Part shown: in pieces, positions 43,041-56,179 of the stretch
Numbering within the stretch: position 1 is the stretch's first letter
Layout: each line of letters starts with the position of its first letter
Assembly: GCF_006345805.1 (NCBI RefSeq)
Contig: NC_042998.1
Span: forward strand, 31,620,001 to 31,684,000
Reading direction: 5' to 3'
DNA from: Octopus sinensis
Lineage: Eukaryota
DNA length: 64,000 nt
Translations under genes and position numbers: made by a program
The notes under the pieces: generated by a model
Databases searched by the model: none
The model's input: only the letters and a program-made list of their open reading frames with translations
Told to the model about the DNA's origin: nothing

Positions 43041-44137
43041 TTTTTGTATTTATGTATGCAATATTGTTCACGTGCATGTATATGTTTTGTGGTTTAACTT
43101 AAGTAAAATATATCATTGGTGTCCTTTGATCGAAACAATTCCACATTTGTAACCAAGAATACTCAAAGCATGCTGCGACCATATTTATTTTATTGCTATG
43201 GATGTTATTTACGTTTGACGTCACGGATTATACCATTCAGTTCTTGTTATTGAAGTCTATGAATTGCTAGTGTATTAGTAAGGTATTAAAAGCTAGATGA
43301 TTAACTTCAGCATATACTTTGAAACATATTTTGTGCGTTATATGGACATTTAGATACAAGAGTCAAATGACACTTCGAACATGTTTATGGTTGTTTTATG
43401 ATATCAATGATATTTATTCTTTTTACCACTGTTGCTGAGCAGCAATAGAAAAGAGTATTTGGGTCAATATAGGATCGTCTCCCGATTTACTAGAAATCAC
43501 AGCCAAAATCTCCATAAAATCCAGCCCTTAGAAAATTTGGGGGCAATTTAGATACCACATTGAATTTCTTAGAAAATTTCGGGGCGATTTAGATACCATA
43601 TTAATTGACTTGGGGCTAAAGAAAGACAAAAAGAAAAAAAAAATGGAAATGAAACTTGACAAACGTAGCACGAATCGTGTACGGACTGCTTCTTTATAAT
43701 TTGGATATTGCCAGAACGGATCACAATACATTTCGGTTTGGAAAACTAAGTGAATTTAAGCCTGCATCAATGATTTCTAGAAGTATTAGAATTCGTATGT
43801 AAGGAATTTCGAGAAGGGTTACTAACCAACGGAATGATGTGTGTTCACTGAAGTGTAGCATGTATGAAGCGTCGCATTTGTGACGTTTCTAGAGCATGCA
43901 ATTATATTTTCCGCATTTAATATTACTCTCCTACATGAAATCTGTAATGCTTTCTAGTATATTCTATATTATGCATTAAAGCTAAAATCTGCCAAATTTT
44001 CATAACAAATAAATTTGGCCTTCTATATACATATTTTTATTTTTATTTTGAAGTAATAAAACTATGAGAATAAGAACAAATAAATACAGAATAATAATAA
44101 TGATCATGTACTAAACATCAAAAACTAGTTCATATTT

Positions 44138-44724
44138 ATCCTTTTCTCCTCTAGGCACACAAAGCCCGAAATTTTGGAGGAGGGAGCCAGTCGATTAGAT
44201 CGACTTCAGGACACAACTGGCACTTAATTTATCGACCCCAAAAAGATGAAAGGCAAAGTCGACTTCGACGGAATTTGAACTCGGAACGTAAAGACAGACG
44301 AAATACCTATTTTTTTACTGCCCACAAGGGGCTAAACACAGAGAGGACAAACAAGGACAGACAAACGGATTAAGTCGATTACATCGACCCCAGTGCGTAA
44401 CTGGTACTTAATTTATCGACCCCGAAAGGATGAAAGGCAAAGTCCACCTTGGCTGAATTTGAACTCAGAGCGTAGCGGCAGACGAAATACCTATTTCTGT
44501 ACTACCCACAAGGGGCTAAACACAGAGAGGACAAACAAGGACAGACAAACGGATTAATTCGATTATATCGATCCCAGTGCGTAACTGGTACTTATTTAAT
44601 CGACCCCGAAAGGATGAAAGGCAAAGTCGACGTCGGTGGAATTTGAACTCAGAACGTAACGGCAGCCGAAATACTGCTAAGCATTCCGGCCGGCGTGCTA
44701 ACGTTTCTGCCAGCTCGCTGCCTT
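44138..44724 (-). mobile_element. Family A SINE trimer
   Basis: Three cores separated by identical junctions gaaatacctatt(t/c)..tact(g/a)cccacaaggggctaaacacaga. Confidence 0.92.
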
Positions 44725-45714
44725 CCAGTTCACATTTAGTGAATAGAAAATGAGCAGGAAGAACTATAAACATATTTGGTTTTTGTTGCACGTTTAAATT
44801 ACTAACCCATTCATTGTTACATGCAGCTTATAAATAACGACACCAATTCTAATCACAAACCAAAACAATTTAAAATACAACAATGCTACTTTTTATGTAA
44901 AGTCAGTTATTGACACAAATAACCAAGTTGATAAAATAAAATTTAACCAGTTCCTCAATATCTCGTCACTAACTCTAATTTTTAGTTAGTATATCTTCTT
45001 GAACTAAATAGTGTGTGTACTTCGTTTCAGTTTCACATACATCAAAATCATTCTATAAATTGAAATAAACACAATCTTCACACTACGAGGAAATTTTTTT
45101 TTTCTTTAGTTTAAACTTGCCTCTCAAATTATAACTGCTTATTCTTCGTCAAGGATCATTCTTTTAGTAACCTGCAGTAAAATTATTTTTTGTTCTAAAC
45201 AGTATTTCACAGTTAAATTCTATGCGATCATAAACTTGAAGGCATCTGACTTTCTAAGTAGCATGTCGGTATGTTTCCGATAGCCTACGTTGTTAACTGT
45301 CCAAGTGGATCTTTGCTGCAGTGACCGTTATGGCTGTAGGGTGCTTTTATAGCAATTACATTACTTCTGACAATATTTCAAATAAACAGAAATAAGAAAA
45401 GGATAATAATATCCTGAACGTGCAATGTTTTCCTCGATATCTTTTCTTCTAGATAACTTTATAGATTTCCTACAGATGCTGTCGCTTTCTAGCGCACCCC
45501 ACTTATATACATTCACATAACGTTTCTTTTGTGACAGTCTATCTCAATTGTATTTGAGTTTTTAATTTACAAATTCCATTTAAAAAAAAATATTTTGTTA
45601 AAATGTCAATCTGCCGCTTGACTTCTCTTATAAACTATGTCGTTCCGGAAAGGTTGGTGTAAATTCTCGCCACAACAAAATATATTTGTGTTTTCCGCAC
45701 AAGATATATATCTT

Positions 45715-45920
45715 TTATCTTTCATTTGTTTCAGTCATTGGACTGCAGCCATGCTAGGGTACCAAGTTTGATAATTTTTTGTGAAATAACTCGACCCTAG
45801 TAATTATTCTTTTTAAGCCGGATAATTATTCTATTAGTGTCTTATGCAGAACAGCTAAAATACTGGGGCGTGTACACAAGCGGTTGGAGAAGGGACAAAA
45901 ACCGACATAAAGAGACACTT
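45715..45920 (-). mobile_element. Degenerate 3' half of family B SINE
   Basis: ttgtttcagtcattggactgcagccatgct tail plus gggacaaaaaccgaca segment. Confidence 0.65.
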
Positions 45921-45947
45921 ATAGGTATATATGTACGTCCATGTATG

Positions 45948-45986
<39 letters not shown>

Positions 45987-45990
<4 letters not shown>

Positions 45991-47135
45991 ATTAATAAAT
46001 AAAACATATGCATATATATACATATATGTATGTACCTACCTCTACATGTATATATACACGCATATATGAGTACAGGACACCCAAAAAACGTTGAACACAA
46101 TGAGAAACGAAAACATAGACACAAACCCAAGGAACTGGACATTTTTCTTAAACAACAAAAAATTAGAGTACAGGACAAATAACACAAGGGAAAAACGCCT
46201 TCTTCAGTCGCCATGGTTTCATCTACTCTACGTTTCGAAGGTGAAGGCGAGACGTATCTTCGATAGAAACTTTCCTTCCTGCGAAAGGAAATCAAATAAA
46301 ATTTGAGATCTTTTTGCAGAGGGGTAAAAATGGTAACAAAAACAGGACAGTAACGACAGTACAAAATATAAGCAGTAAAAGACAGGACAAGGAAAATATC
46401 AAGACAAGAAGGGCTGTTAAGCCGAACGAAAAAAAGTATTACGAACGCTATTTCTGTGGACGGCGAAGGGAGCAAAGAAAATTGCCGTCCATACCTCAAG
46501 AAGGTCAGGCGAGAAAGAAGGTGGCAAGGCTCTCGTCGCGGGTTAACGGCGGGAGGGAGGAGGAGGAGTAACAGAAAGGGAGAGAAGAAAGGGGAATGGT
46601 TGTGAGGAAACCAGAAAGAATGAAGAATGAGAGAGAGGGAGAGAGAGAGAGTGAAGAATGAGAGAGAGGGAGAGACAGTTAAGTAGAAGTAAAGGAAATC
46701 AAAGAATGAAGAATGTCGTGTTATTTTCCTTGTCCTGTCTTTTACTGCTTATATTTTGTACTGTCGCTACTGTCCTGTTTTTGTTACCATTTTTACCCCT
46801 CTGCAAAAAGATCTCAAATTTTATTTGATTTCCTTTCGCAGGAAGGAAAGTTTCTATCGAAGATACGTCTCGCCTTCACCTTCGAAACGTAGAGTAGATG
46901 AAACCATGGCGACTGAATAAGGGGTTTTTTCCTTGTGTTATTTGTCCTGTACTCTATTTTTTTGTTGTTTAAGAAAAATGTCTAGTTTCTTGGGTTTGTG
47001 TCTATGTTTTCGTTTCTCATTGTGTTCGACGTTTTTTGGGTGTCCTGTACTCATATATGCGTGTATATATACATGTAGAGGTAGGTACGTACATATATGT
47101 ATATATATATGCATATGTTTTATTTATTAATATAT
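45987..47135. mobile_element. ~412-bp near-perfect inverted repeat with ~323-bp spacer (probable Penelope-like inverted pseudo-LTR pair)
   Basis: 45987-46398 is the reverse complement of 46722-47135 with few mismatches; the arms carry a degenerate tttCTATCGAAGA...TCGAAACGTAgag hammerhead-like motif. Confidence 0.75.
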
Positions 47136-47840
47136 TATATGACGGAACGCACGCATCCCTTTCTAAGTAAGATTGTTCTTCTATATATATATATATATAT
47201 ATATAATGTAAACAATAATGATTTGTAGGTACGTGGTATTTCGTTACGCAAATATAAAATATGCCTGTTTCTGAAATAACTTTTTTAAAAATTCAAATCT
47301 ATTCACTATACCATAATTTTCCTGTTACTGAGTAACGTGATATGATCAATAGGAACAAATGTAAATTTTAATTTCTATAAACGATCACACACCATTTTTC
47401 ATATTTGTCGATCCAATTAGTAATTTCGCTTCCTGTCAGTTAATTCAATTAGCGCCAAAGAAGATGTCAACACTTCATCTGAATCCTTACTGACTGACTG
47501 TTAGTAAGTTGTGCTGACTAAAATACATCTCCGTTCTAGCGGCGATATCTATATACATGTATGTGTGTGTATGTAAATACATACGTACATACATATAGTG
47601 AATAAACAGCGATAACAGATCCAGGCAGGTACTGATCAAGCACTCTAGTAAAGGATCCAAGTCCAGCTAACAGCACCGAATGATGTGTAGTAACCAGGGC
47701 CTGTTTAAGGTAAGTAACCCCTAATGTACTTCATCTGCTAGGTAAATCCTGAGTTCGCTTCGTTGTAAATCCAAAACAATACAAATAAGGAGAATTGTTC
47801 ATCTACACAGTTTTTTTTTATAACAGTCACATGTACAATT

Positions 47841-47878
<38 letters not shown>

Positions 47879-48053
47879 TCACACACACACACACACATAC
47901 ACACACACACACACACACACATACACACACACACACATATATACGTTAACGGTTTATCAATAACTCCCGTTACTTTACGAAATAATTAAGTGATTAATGG
48001 TTATCGAAGTTAACTCTTCGATTAACAGGGTTCACCTTTGCATATATATATAC

Positions 48054-48224
48054 GTATTTTTATAAAATTTATGAATAAATGAAAGAATGGAGTTGAACGA
48101 CAAATTAACAAATTTCTTTTATTTTCGACATATGTTCGAAGGCTGCATATGTCGAAAATAAAGGAATTTGTTAATTTGTCGTTCAACTCCATTCTTCATT
48201 TATTCATAAATTTTATAAAAATAC
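48054..48224. repeat. Near-perfect hairpin, ~81-bp arms, 11-nt loop
   Basis: gtatttttataaaatttatgaataaatg...cgacatatg / catatgtcg...catttattcataaattttataaaaatac; the arm is homologous to 61733-61810. Confidence 0.9.
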
Positions 48225-48345
48225 ACACAAATTTCCACACGAAAACACGTATCTCTGCCCTAGGCACGTAACTTCAACCGTGTTATTTCTGATGTGAAAT
48301 TGCTACCCAGGTATCGGTTAAACGAATTATCCATATATATATATG

Positions 48346-48414
<69 letters not shown>

Positions 48415-48836
48415 TGTGTGTGTTTAAGCAAATACAATCTTCACACATTATTACTCAGTTTCTCGTAACCGTTCATCAGACAGTTGCTATAATACAGACT
48501 AATAAGAGCAATAGCAGCAGCAGCAATAAATACAAAGAAGGTTGTTCTTGTTTACCTCCAGGTCAGGCTTATTGGATGGAACAATAATAAAACGTAATCC
48601 AGGTACGGTCATCTCTCCCTCTCTATCTCTCTCTCCCTCTCTCCCTCTCTCCCTCTCTCTCTCTCTCTGTACGCAAGGAGAAGTGAAGTTTGGCGCTGTA
48701 AGAAGCAAAAACCCTCGATAAGGTTGTAGCGCTTTGATAATACGTTGAGATTAGCAGAAATATTTGAATGGTAAAAGAAAATGGAAGCTGTCAGAAGAGG
48801 ATAAACTTTGAATTTAGATAATGGTATTCCATGAAA

Positions 48837-49296
48837 GAAGGCGGTAAGTTGGCGGGATCGTTAACACTCGGGCAAAATGCTTAGCGGTATTTTGTCTGTC
48901 TTTACCTTTTGCATTCAAAATCCGCCGAGCTCAGTCCTCTCGGGATCGATAAATTAAGTACCAATATTCAAATAATACTTATTTTATCGACCCCATGTAA
49001 CCGACTACTTCACTTCCCTAAAAGTTCTGGCTGTGTGTCTATGCAAGGAACGATATTGTAAGAAATTTTAAGGCGGCAAACTGGTAGAAGCCTTACTGCG
49101 CTGAAAAAAATAAACTTTTATGGGACATTTCTTCCGTCATTACGTTCTGAGTTCAAACGCCTCCAGGGCCGCCTTTGCTTTTCATCGTTCCGGGGTCGAT
49201 AAAGTATGTACTAGTTGAACACTGATATTGATGTAATTGACCTGCTCCCTCCAGCGGAAATGCTGACCTTCAGCTAGATTTTGAAGCCGATATTAT
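48837..49296 (+). mobile_element. Two old family A SINE copies (48837-48962; 49070-49296)
   Basis: Degenerate aaggcgg heads, gagttcaaa/cattcaaaa B-boxes and gg(g/a)tcgataaa cores. Confidence 0.7.
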
Positions 49297-49970
49297 AAAC
49301 TATTTTTGAATAGAGAAGAAAAATTTTACACCCAAAACTTTGAACAGAATCAAAGAATAATTTATAATTTTAACAAATCATATTATTTTGCTGTTTTTAT
49401 AAATATTTTGTGAAGAATTTTGTTTTCAAAATATAGTTTGTTTCTCAGAATTAAAGGAAATTGTGTATTTTTTTGTAACAGAATTGTAATCTCAATAAAA
49501 AGTCATCGAGTAAAACTTAGAATCCGTTACGAAACATCAATATGGTGTTAAAAAGATCTCCATTGACGTATTTATTTTATTTTATAACGCAACTGGAGGG
49601 TATTCTGGTCATTGATAATAGGTTCCTTATAGGTCAGTTACTGGTTCACCGAGTTTCTGTGAGTGAAAAAGACAACAGATTGTATAAAAAATAACAGTAA
49701 CCAGAGACTATTTTTATTCTAAACAATTGGATTTCTTCTGTCGGGTTACTAGACGATGTTTTGTAACCGAGATAATGTAGAGGTCACATGGAGACGCTTT
49801 TTCCTGCATAAAATATAAAATTACTGATAATTAATTAAGATAACATGATTTTTAATTTTCATTTAACATTAATGGTAGCTACTCTCCTAAAAAACGAACA
49901 TGGTAAAAAAAAAAATTATGCTACAACGGAACCGAAAAGAAACTAAAAAGATGTATTGAATAGCAAATAA

Positions 49971-50109
49971 GCGCGGGCGTGGCTGTGTGGTAACAACTTT
50001 GCTTCCCAACCGCATGTCTCCGGGTTCAGGCCTAGTGCCCGAAACAAGAGCGTGTGTCTTCTACTGTAGAAGAGTGGCTTTGGTGGACGGAAACTGAAAG
50101 AAGCCCATC

Positions 50110-50112
<3 letters not shown>
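49971..50112 (+). mobile_element. 5' half of family B SINE
   Basis: gggcgtggctgtgtggtaac...gggttcagg...gacggaaactgaaagaagcccatcgta then (TA)n. Confidence 0.75.
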
Positions 50113-50142
<30 letters not shown>

Positions 50143-50147
<5 letters not shown>

Positions 50148-50290
50148 AGTGTTTACGAAAAAAACAAAAGACGAAGACAGGTGGTGTACAAAACAAGCAG
50201 ATGTATTAGTATAACGCTCAGGAATAGAAAAAGTATTTTACGTTTCGAGCCTACGCTCTTCTACAGAAAAGGACACAGAAAAACAACAAA
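50143..50290 (-). mobile_element. Penelope-like terminal repeat fragment (P1) with hammerhead-like motif at 50236-50270
   Basis: Reverse complement reads tttt-CTGTAGA-A-GAGC-GTAG-GCTC-GAAA-C-GTA-aaat; flanked by (TA)n on both sides. Confidence 0.6.
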
Positions 50291-50307
50291 TATATATATA
50301 TATATAT

Positions 50308-50806
<499 letters not shown>

Positions 50807-51829
50807 CACATACACACATGCATTTACACAAACACGATCAAGGTGTATATGCTTGTCTGTTTGAGTAGGATGTGAACATCAATTCACGTGTGTGTGTGTA
50901 TGAATGAGTGTGTATGTGTATGTATGAAATGAAACATTTCTGGAAACCTTAAAATTTCTTGATCTACCTTTCTTGTATTCTATAGGAATCCCTCTCTGAC
51001 TATTTCTCTAAACTTTACTCGTTATATTTATTTATACACTCACTACTTTATAGAGGATTAACACAATAGATTTCGTTGATGCTGACACCGCTGTTGATAG
51101 CTAAAATGTTATCGTTGTTGTTGCTGGTGGTTTTGTTACTACAACTATTATTGTTGTTGTTGGTGGTGGTGTTCTTGCTGATGTCATTATTGTTGTTGTT
51201 AGAGTTATTACGGTCATGCTGTTGTTAGTGATTTTGTTTTGGTTGTTGGTGATGTTGTTGTTGTTAAGCAACAAGACAGGTAATGGTGATTAGATGATGG
51301 TCTAGTGCTTAGGGCCGGGAGATCCCAGACCTTGAAAAAAAAAAACTTTGGTTGTCTTGTTGTAGTCGAGGGCTCTTCGTTGACGTCCGACACCACTGGG
51401 AGATGGCCCTCGAAGTCGCTGGAAATGGAGATCTCTAGGTCCAAATTCTTGAACGGCTGGTGATGTGGTTGATGATGGTGGTGAAGTTAGTGTTGGTGTT
51501 GATGTTATTGTCTGTAGGTTCTTTGCGAAAGTCAAAGAGAGTGGCGACCAATATGCTTGATTGACTACCATTCCTCTGTTTAGACGAGTGCTGGCCATGT
51601 TGTGAAAAGGAATAGATTGAAAAATATGTTCGAGAAAGTTTTCCGAACGGGCGCGGATAGACCGTTCCGAGATTGAAATGGGGGCGAAACTTGGTTACAT
51701 CCGCCAAACAATAATTACAATAATTACAGCGGACGAAAACGGCAGAAGACAATCAGAATTAGAGAAAGCTCACCAGCAATGATTCGAGCGTGGATTCAAC
51801 GTGTGAAGCCATAACATCAATAACAACAT

Positions 51830-51853
51830 CAACAATAATAATAATAATAACAC

Positions 51854-51917
<64 letters not shown>

Positions 51918-51990
51918 TAATAATAATAATAATTCTCATCATCATCATCATCATAATTGCTATTGTTATTGTTACTATTATTATTATGAC
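51830..51990. repeat. (TAA)n/(CAT)n/(TTA)n trinucleotide array
   Basis: Direct reading. Confidence 0.95.
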
Positions 51991-52467
51991 AGAGAAATCA
52001 AAGGAACGAATTATTACCGGCGGTCTGGGCCTCTGTTAAAACTTTCATGCTCGAAACATCTATGATGTTCAATCATCAAAACGACCAGCATTTGAAGTAG
52101 CAATCAAAAAGATTCTACGTAACTTCTGACGGGCATATGATTGAAATAATTCTTAAGTTAAATATTTTATGTACATCTTAGATATAAAATTATCTCAATG
52201 CTATACAATTTCTATGACGATGATTTCCACTTTTGATCACTTTGGTTAAATAGCCACCTATCTACCTAAAGAAGAAAATTCCTTATTTTCTAAAAATGAA
52301 ATGTAATATATTAAACGTGTGAGACATGTTTCAACGATAAGTTTACGTATTCACAACAAAGGCAAGATTTAATAATCAGAAAAACGGATAATAAATTGGT
52401 TTTGGGTGAACGTATGAATAATATATATTGTAAATATAGCTTATTCTGTAACTGTGACCATGAAACG

Positions 52468-52622
52468 TCCTATGTGTGGTTAGAAGCTTGCTTCACAACC
52501 ACATGGTTCCGGGATCAGTCCCACTGCCTGGCACCCTGGGCAAGTGTCTTCTACTATAACCTCCGGCCGACCAAAGCCTTGTGAGTAGATTTCGTAGACG
52601 GAAACTAAAGGAAGCCCGTCGT

Positions 52623-52653
<31 letters not shown>

Positions 52654-53103
52654 ATATATATATATATAATATATATATATATATATTATATATATATATA
52701 ATAGTATACATTTAAACACAAGAGAAGCTACCTTTAATAGGTCATTTTTACACGCAAGAAGAAGCAGTTAAAACGACCAAAACCACTTTTTAAGAGGTTT
52801 TAAAATGTGGGTTTTGGTCGTTTCGACTGCTTCTTCTAGCACGTAAAATTTACCTATTAAAGGTAGTTTTTTTCTTGTGCTTAAATGTACACTATTTTAT
52901 ATTGAGAATTTGTTGTCTATTGACGTTTTATACATGCTAGGCCACTGATGGTGAAATTTCTAAAAATATTCATCATCCTGTACAATTTTACGAATGTGTT
53001 ATATATATGTATATGTATATATATAATATATATATATTATATATATATATATAATATATATATATATATATTATATATATATATGTGTGTGTGTGTGTAT
53101 ATG

Positions 53104-53134
<31 letters not shown>

Positions 53135-53318
53135 CTTTGTGTCTGTGTTTGTTCTCCTATCACCGCTTGACAACCAGTGCTGGTGTGTTTACATCCCCGT
53201 AACTTAGAGGTTCTGCAAAAGGGACCAATAGAATAAGTTCTAGGTTAAACATAAATCCAGGGGTCGATTTGTTCGATTAAATCCCCCTCACCCAAATTAG
53301 TGAAACAAGTAAAAGAAT
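52468..53318 (+). mobile_element. Family B SINE split into 5' (52468-52625) and 3' (53110-53318) halves by an insertion in its internal (TA)n
   Basis: The 5' half ends ggaagcccgtcgta; the 3' half resumes gtgtctgtgtttg...cttgacaaccagtgctggtgtgtttacatcccc...gaaacaagtaaaagaataaaa. Confidence 0.8.
52700..52896. mobile_element. Foldback (MITE-like) palindrome of ~197 bp
   Basis: aatagtatacatttaaacacaag..ctacctttaatagg is mirrored by cctattaaaggtag..cttgtgcttaaatgtacactatt; complementarity extends to a short central loop. Confidence 0.78.
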
Positions 53319-54170
53319 AAAAGAATGCATATTCGCGGACATGCATACATGCACACTCCAGTAAAAACACATAGAAACAGAAAACCGTGTTCGCTTTCTT
53401 CATGATATTCTCTTTAGCTCTCCAGATCGCCCTCCACAATTTACTGAACCACGAAATAAAATTAACATATGAAAGTGAAAAAAGAAAACCAGAAAATATT
53501 GGATCCTTCAACATCCACTCATAGTACACACCCTACATAGAATATTGAAATATGTGCGCTGTGTATTATTTGGACCTCACCCATTATGGCTATTGTAATC
53601 TCAAGAACACCCAGATAAATATTTAGTTATGTATATACGTACACATATGCGTTTATACATACACACGGACATATATGCATTAATATTCATATACACTGGT
53701 CCCAAAACCTTTGAGTCGGCATCACATTACCTAAGGTTCCATCGGTGTAAGAGACGTTGACCTCGTCAGATGTTCGGAGACTAAGCGGAAAGAATTAAAG
53801 AAAAATAAAACAGCATCAAGATATTAAGCCTTTATTTAGGCCACGTGATTGCTTTACAATCAAAGCGACATCATTTACTTTATTGTTCGGTTCAAATGTT
53901 GCAAAGAGAAAGTTGGCGTGGTTTTGTTGGCACTCTGGACGACGCTGCTTCCAATGACACAAGTTCTTTTCATCGGAACCGTACGTGGGCGTTTAGGTAA
54001 CATGCTGACATCATTTAGTTAGTCAGTAATCTTTTTGTAGAGTCTGGAAGCTTAATGACAGCATTTACTTGCTGGATACTAACCGATTTTATAATGACAT
54101 GTTACATATGGGTCTCGGTTAGTAATACGAATAAGATGCATTCTCTGCTCGGTGTGCGGGTCAGCTAAGA

Positions 54171-54440
54171 CTAGAGTGCTACGTACGAGCTGTCAGTGTC
54201 CAGAGATTTGAGTTTCATTAAGAAGGTGTACCTCTGGTGGTAACAGTAAGACAGGTCATTTTTCCTTTTGGACGGATTCTGTAGCGTGTTGGAGTATGTT
54301 ACGGGTCTCAGTTGTGTAAGTTCTGTCGTGGACGTTGCTCCAGATTCTCCGGATGGAATGGAAAGTGTAAGTGGAGATTTCTTGTCTCTATACCCGGAAG
54401 AGAGCAAGTGTTGCTTTGATAGCGCAAACGACCACACGGC
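54171..54440 (-). CDS. Candidate terminal coding exon, unknown product
   Basis: Open frame AVWSFALSKQHLLSSGYRDKKSPLTLSIPSGESGATSTTELTQ...SLDTDSSYVAL* in non-repetitive, GC-richer DNA; pyrimidine-rich CAG acceptors just upstream and AATAAA motifs about 300-340 bp downstream; no recognised homology. Confidence 0.22.
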   Translation of the reverse strand, partial: AVWSFALSKQHLLSSGYRDKKSPLTLSIPSGESGATSTTELTQLRPVTYSNTLQNPSKRKNDLSYCYHQRYTFLMKLKSLDTDSSYVAL

Positions 54441-55149
54441 CTGAGCTGAGCAATGGAGGACTTACAGATAGAAACTATTTTAAATTACTTTAAAATTATT
54501 TGTTCAGTCTCCCGACATCTGACGATGAGGACATGTCCTCCACATACATGCATACAAATAAACAGCCGCTTACACACACACACACACGCACACACGTTTG
54601 TTTGTGTGTGTGTTTTTACGAATGTGTATTTGTCTATATGTACGTGTTAATGCATATATAAAGAAAGAAAGCGATATTATAGTAGAATTTGAATGGACGA
54701 TTCGTTCTAGATACTTCTTTATAGATTCTGAAATGTTTATGTTCTTATAATAAGAGCCCTTGGCATGCATATAAAACTTCCTGCTTATATATTTGAGATT
54801 GAACAAGCATATTTATTGGATAAATCTTACTCATAAATATTACCTGTGTGATTTCAATATTCTGAACAATTTTTCATTTCTATTTTATTACTCGCTCATT
54901 GCAAGATATAATGATGCCTTGGCATAATGCAATAGAGTGCTTCAGATATGCTTATATTAATGTTTTACTGTTTTGTTTCCCAATGCTCCCATAGTTATTT
55001 ATTATTATCAGTTTATTAATGTCTTTATAGTTTTGTTGATCTCAAAGCAAATGCATTACTCTTTTTATTCGTTGTTTTCTTTCACATTCCGTCTTTTCGG
55101 TTTCCCCGACGTCTGGCACCTCTAACAACAATGAAATAAATTACTATTA

Positions 55150-55221
<72 letters not shown>

Positions 55222-55518
55222 TTTAGCCGATAGGACGTGTGTTTGCTTGCTCTGAAAGTTTGGATATTATTTACCAAGCGCTGATGAAAACAGCAAACAA
55301 TATATTTTAATGACTTTTCTTTCGGGACGCTACCGGAACGGACTTGACTCTTTCCATATAAACATGCCTGACACGTTTGGTGTTTTGATAAATAAGAAAG
55401 ATTCTAAGAAGAAAAGCAAACGGCCACCAAAAATGTAAATTAATGCAAGAACGCTGAAAACAATAAAAAAAGTTAACTACTCAGTAGTAAAATAATTTTC
55501 AATGTAGAATATAATCTC

Positions 55519-55715
55519 TGCGAGCTGGTAGAATCATTTGCACGCCAGGCAAAATGCTTAGTGGCATTTCGTCCGTCTTTCTGAGTTCAAATTCAACTGA
55601 TATCGACGTTGCCTTCCATCATTTCGGGGTCGACAAAATAATAATCAGTCACTGTTATCGCCTAGCACCTTTCCCCGAAACTGCTGGCATTGTGCTAAAA
55701 TTTGAAATGGATATA
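55519..55715 (+). mobile_element. Old family A SINE
   Basis: gcgagctggtagaatcatttgcacgcc head, gagttcaaatt B-box, ttcggggtcgacaaaata core. Confidence 0.75.
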
Positions 55716-56179
55716 TGAAATAATCACGAAATCTATCAGTGGTTCAATATGTGTTTGTCGGACACACGTAGATGGTGCTAGCTACAAAGCTGGAAGCAGC
55801 GAATACTTACCAAAATCTTTGAAAACATAAGGATATTTTAAAAGAGTTAAACAGAAAAATGATAATATGTCAGTTACACTAAAAAACACAACTATAGTTT
55901 CACAAGAAAATAATTCAGAGTTATGGGATATTAACAACCTGCACCAACAATTGTAGCGACTTCTTTTTGTTAATATTGCACGCCAACACGAGATTTAAAC
56001 ATGTAAGGGAGATGTATGTCACTGAGAGACCTAATCTTTGCCTGCAGAATTGATATCCAGGCATGGGAAAGGCCGACGATTAAATGCGCTGCTTTGTTAA
56101 GAAACCGAGTAAGTTTCCATACATCTTCGAAAGAAAACTATGATTTGTATTAGGATGTATACAATTGATATTTAAAACC

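Noticed and set aside
43527-43602. 41-bp tandem duplication
   Set aside because: An ordinary local slippage duplication with no further structure.
45855-46499. 214-aa ORF as a host gene
   Set aside because: It lies within the inverted-repeat arm, TA tract and SINE tail; its mirror copy at 46933-47130 arises from the inversion.
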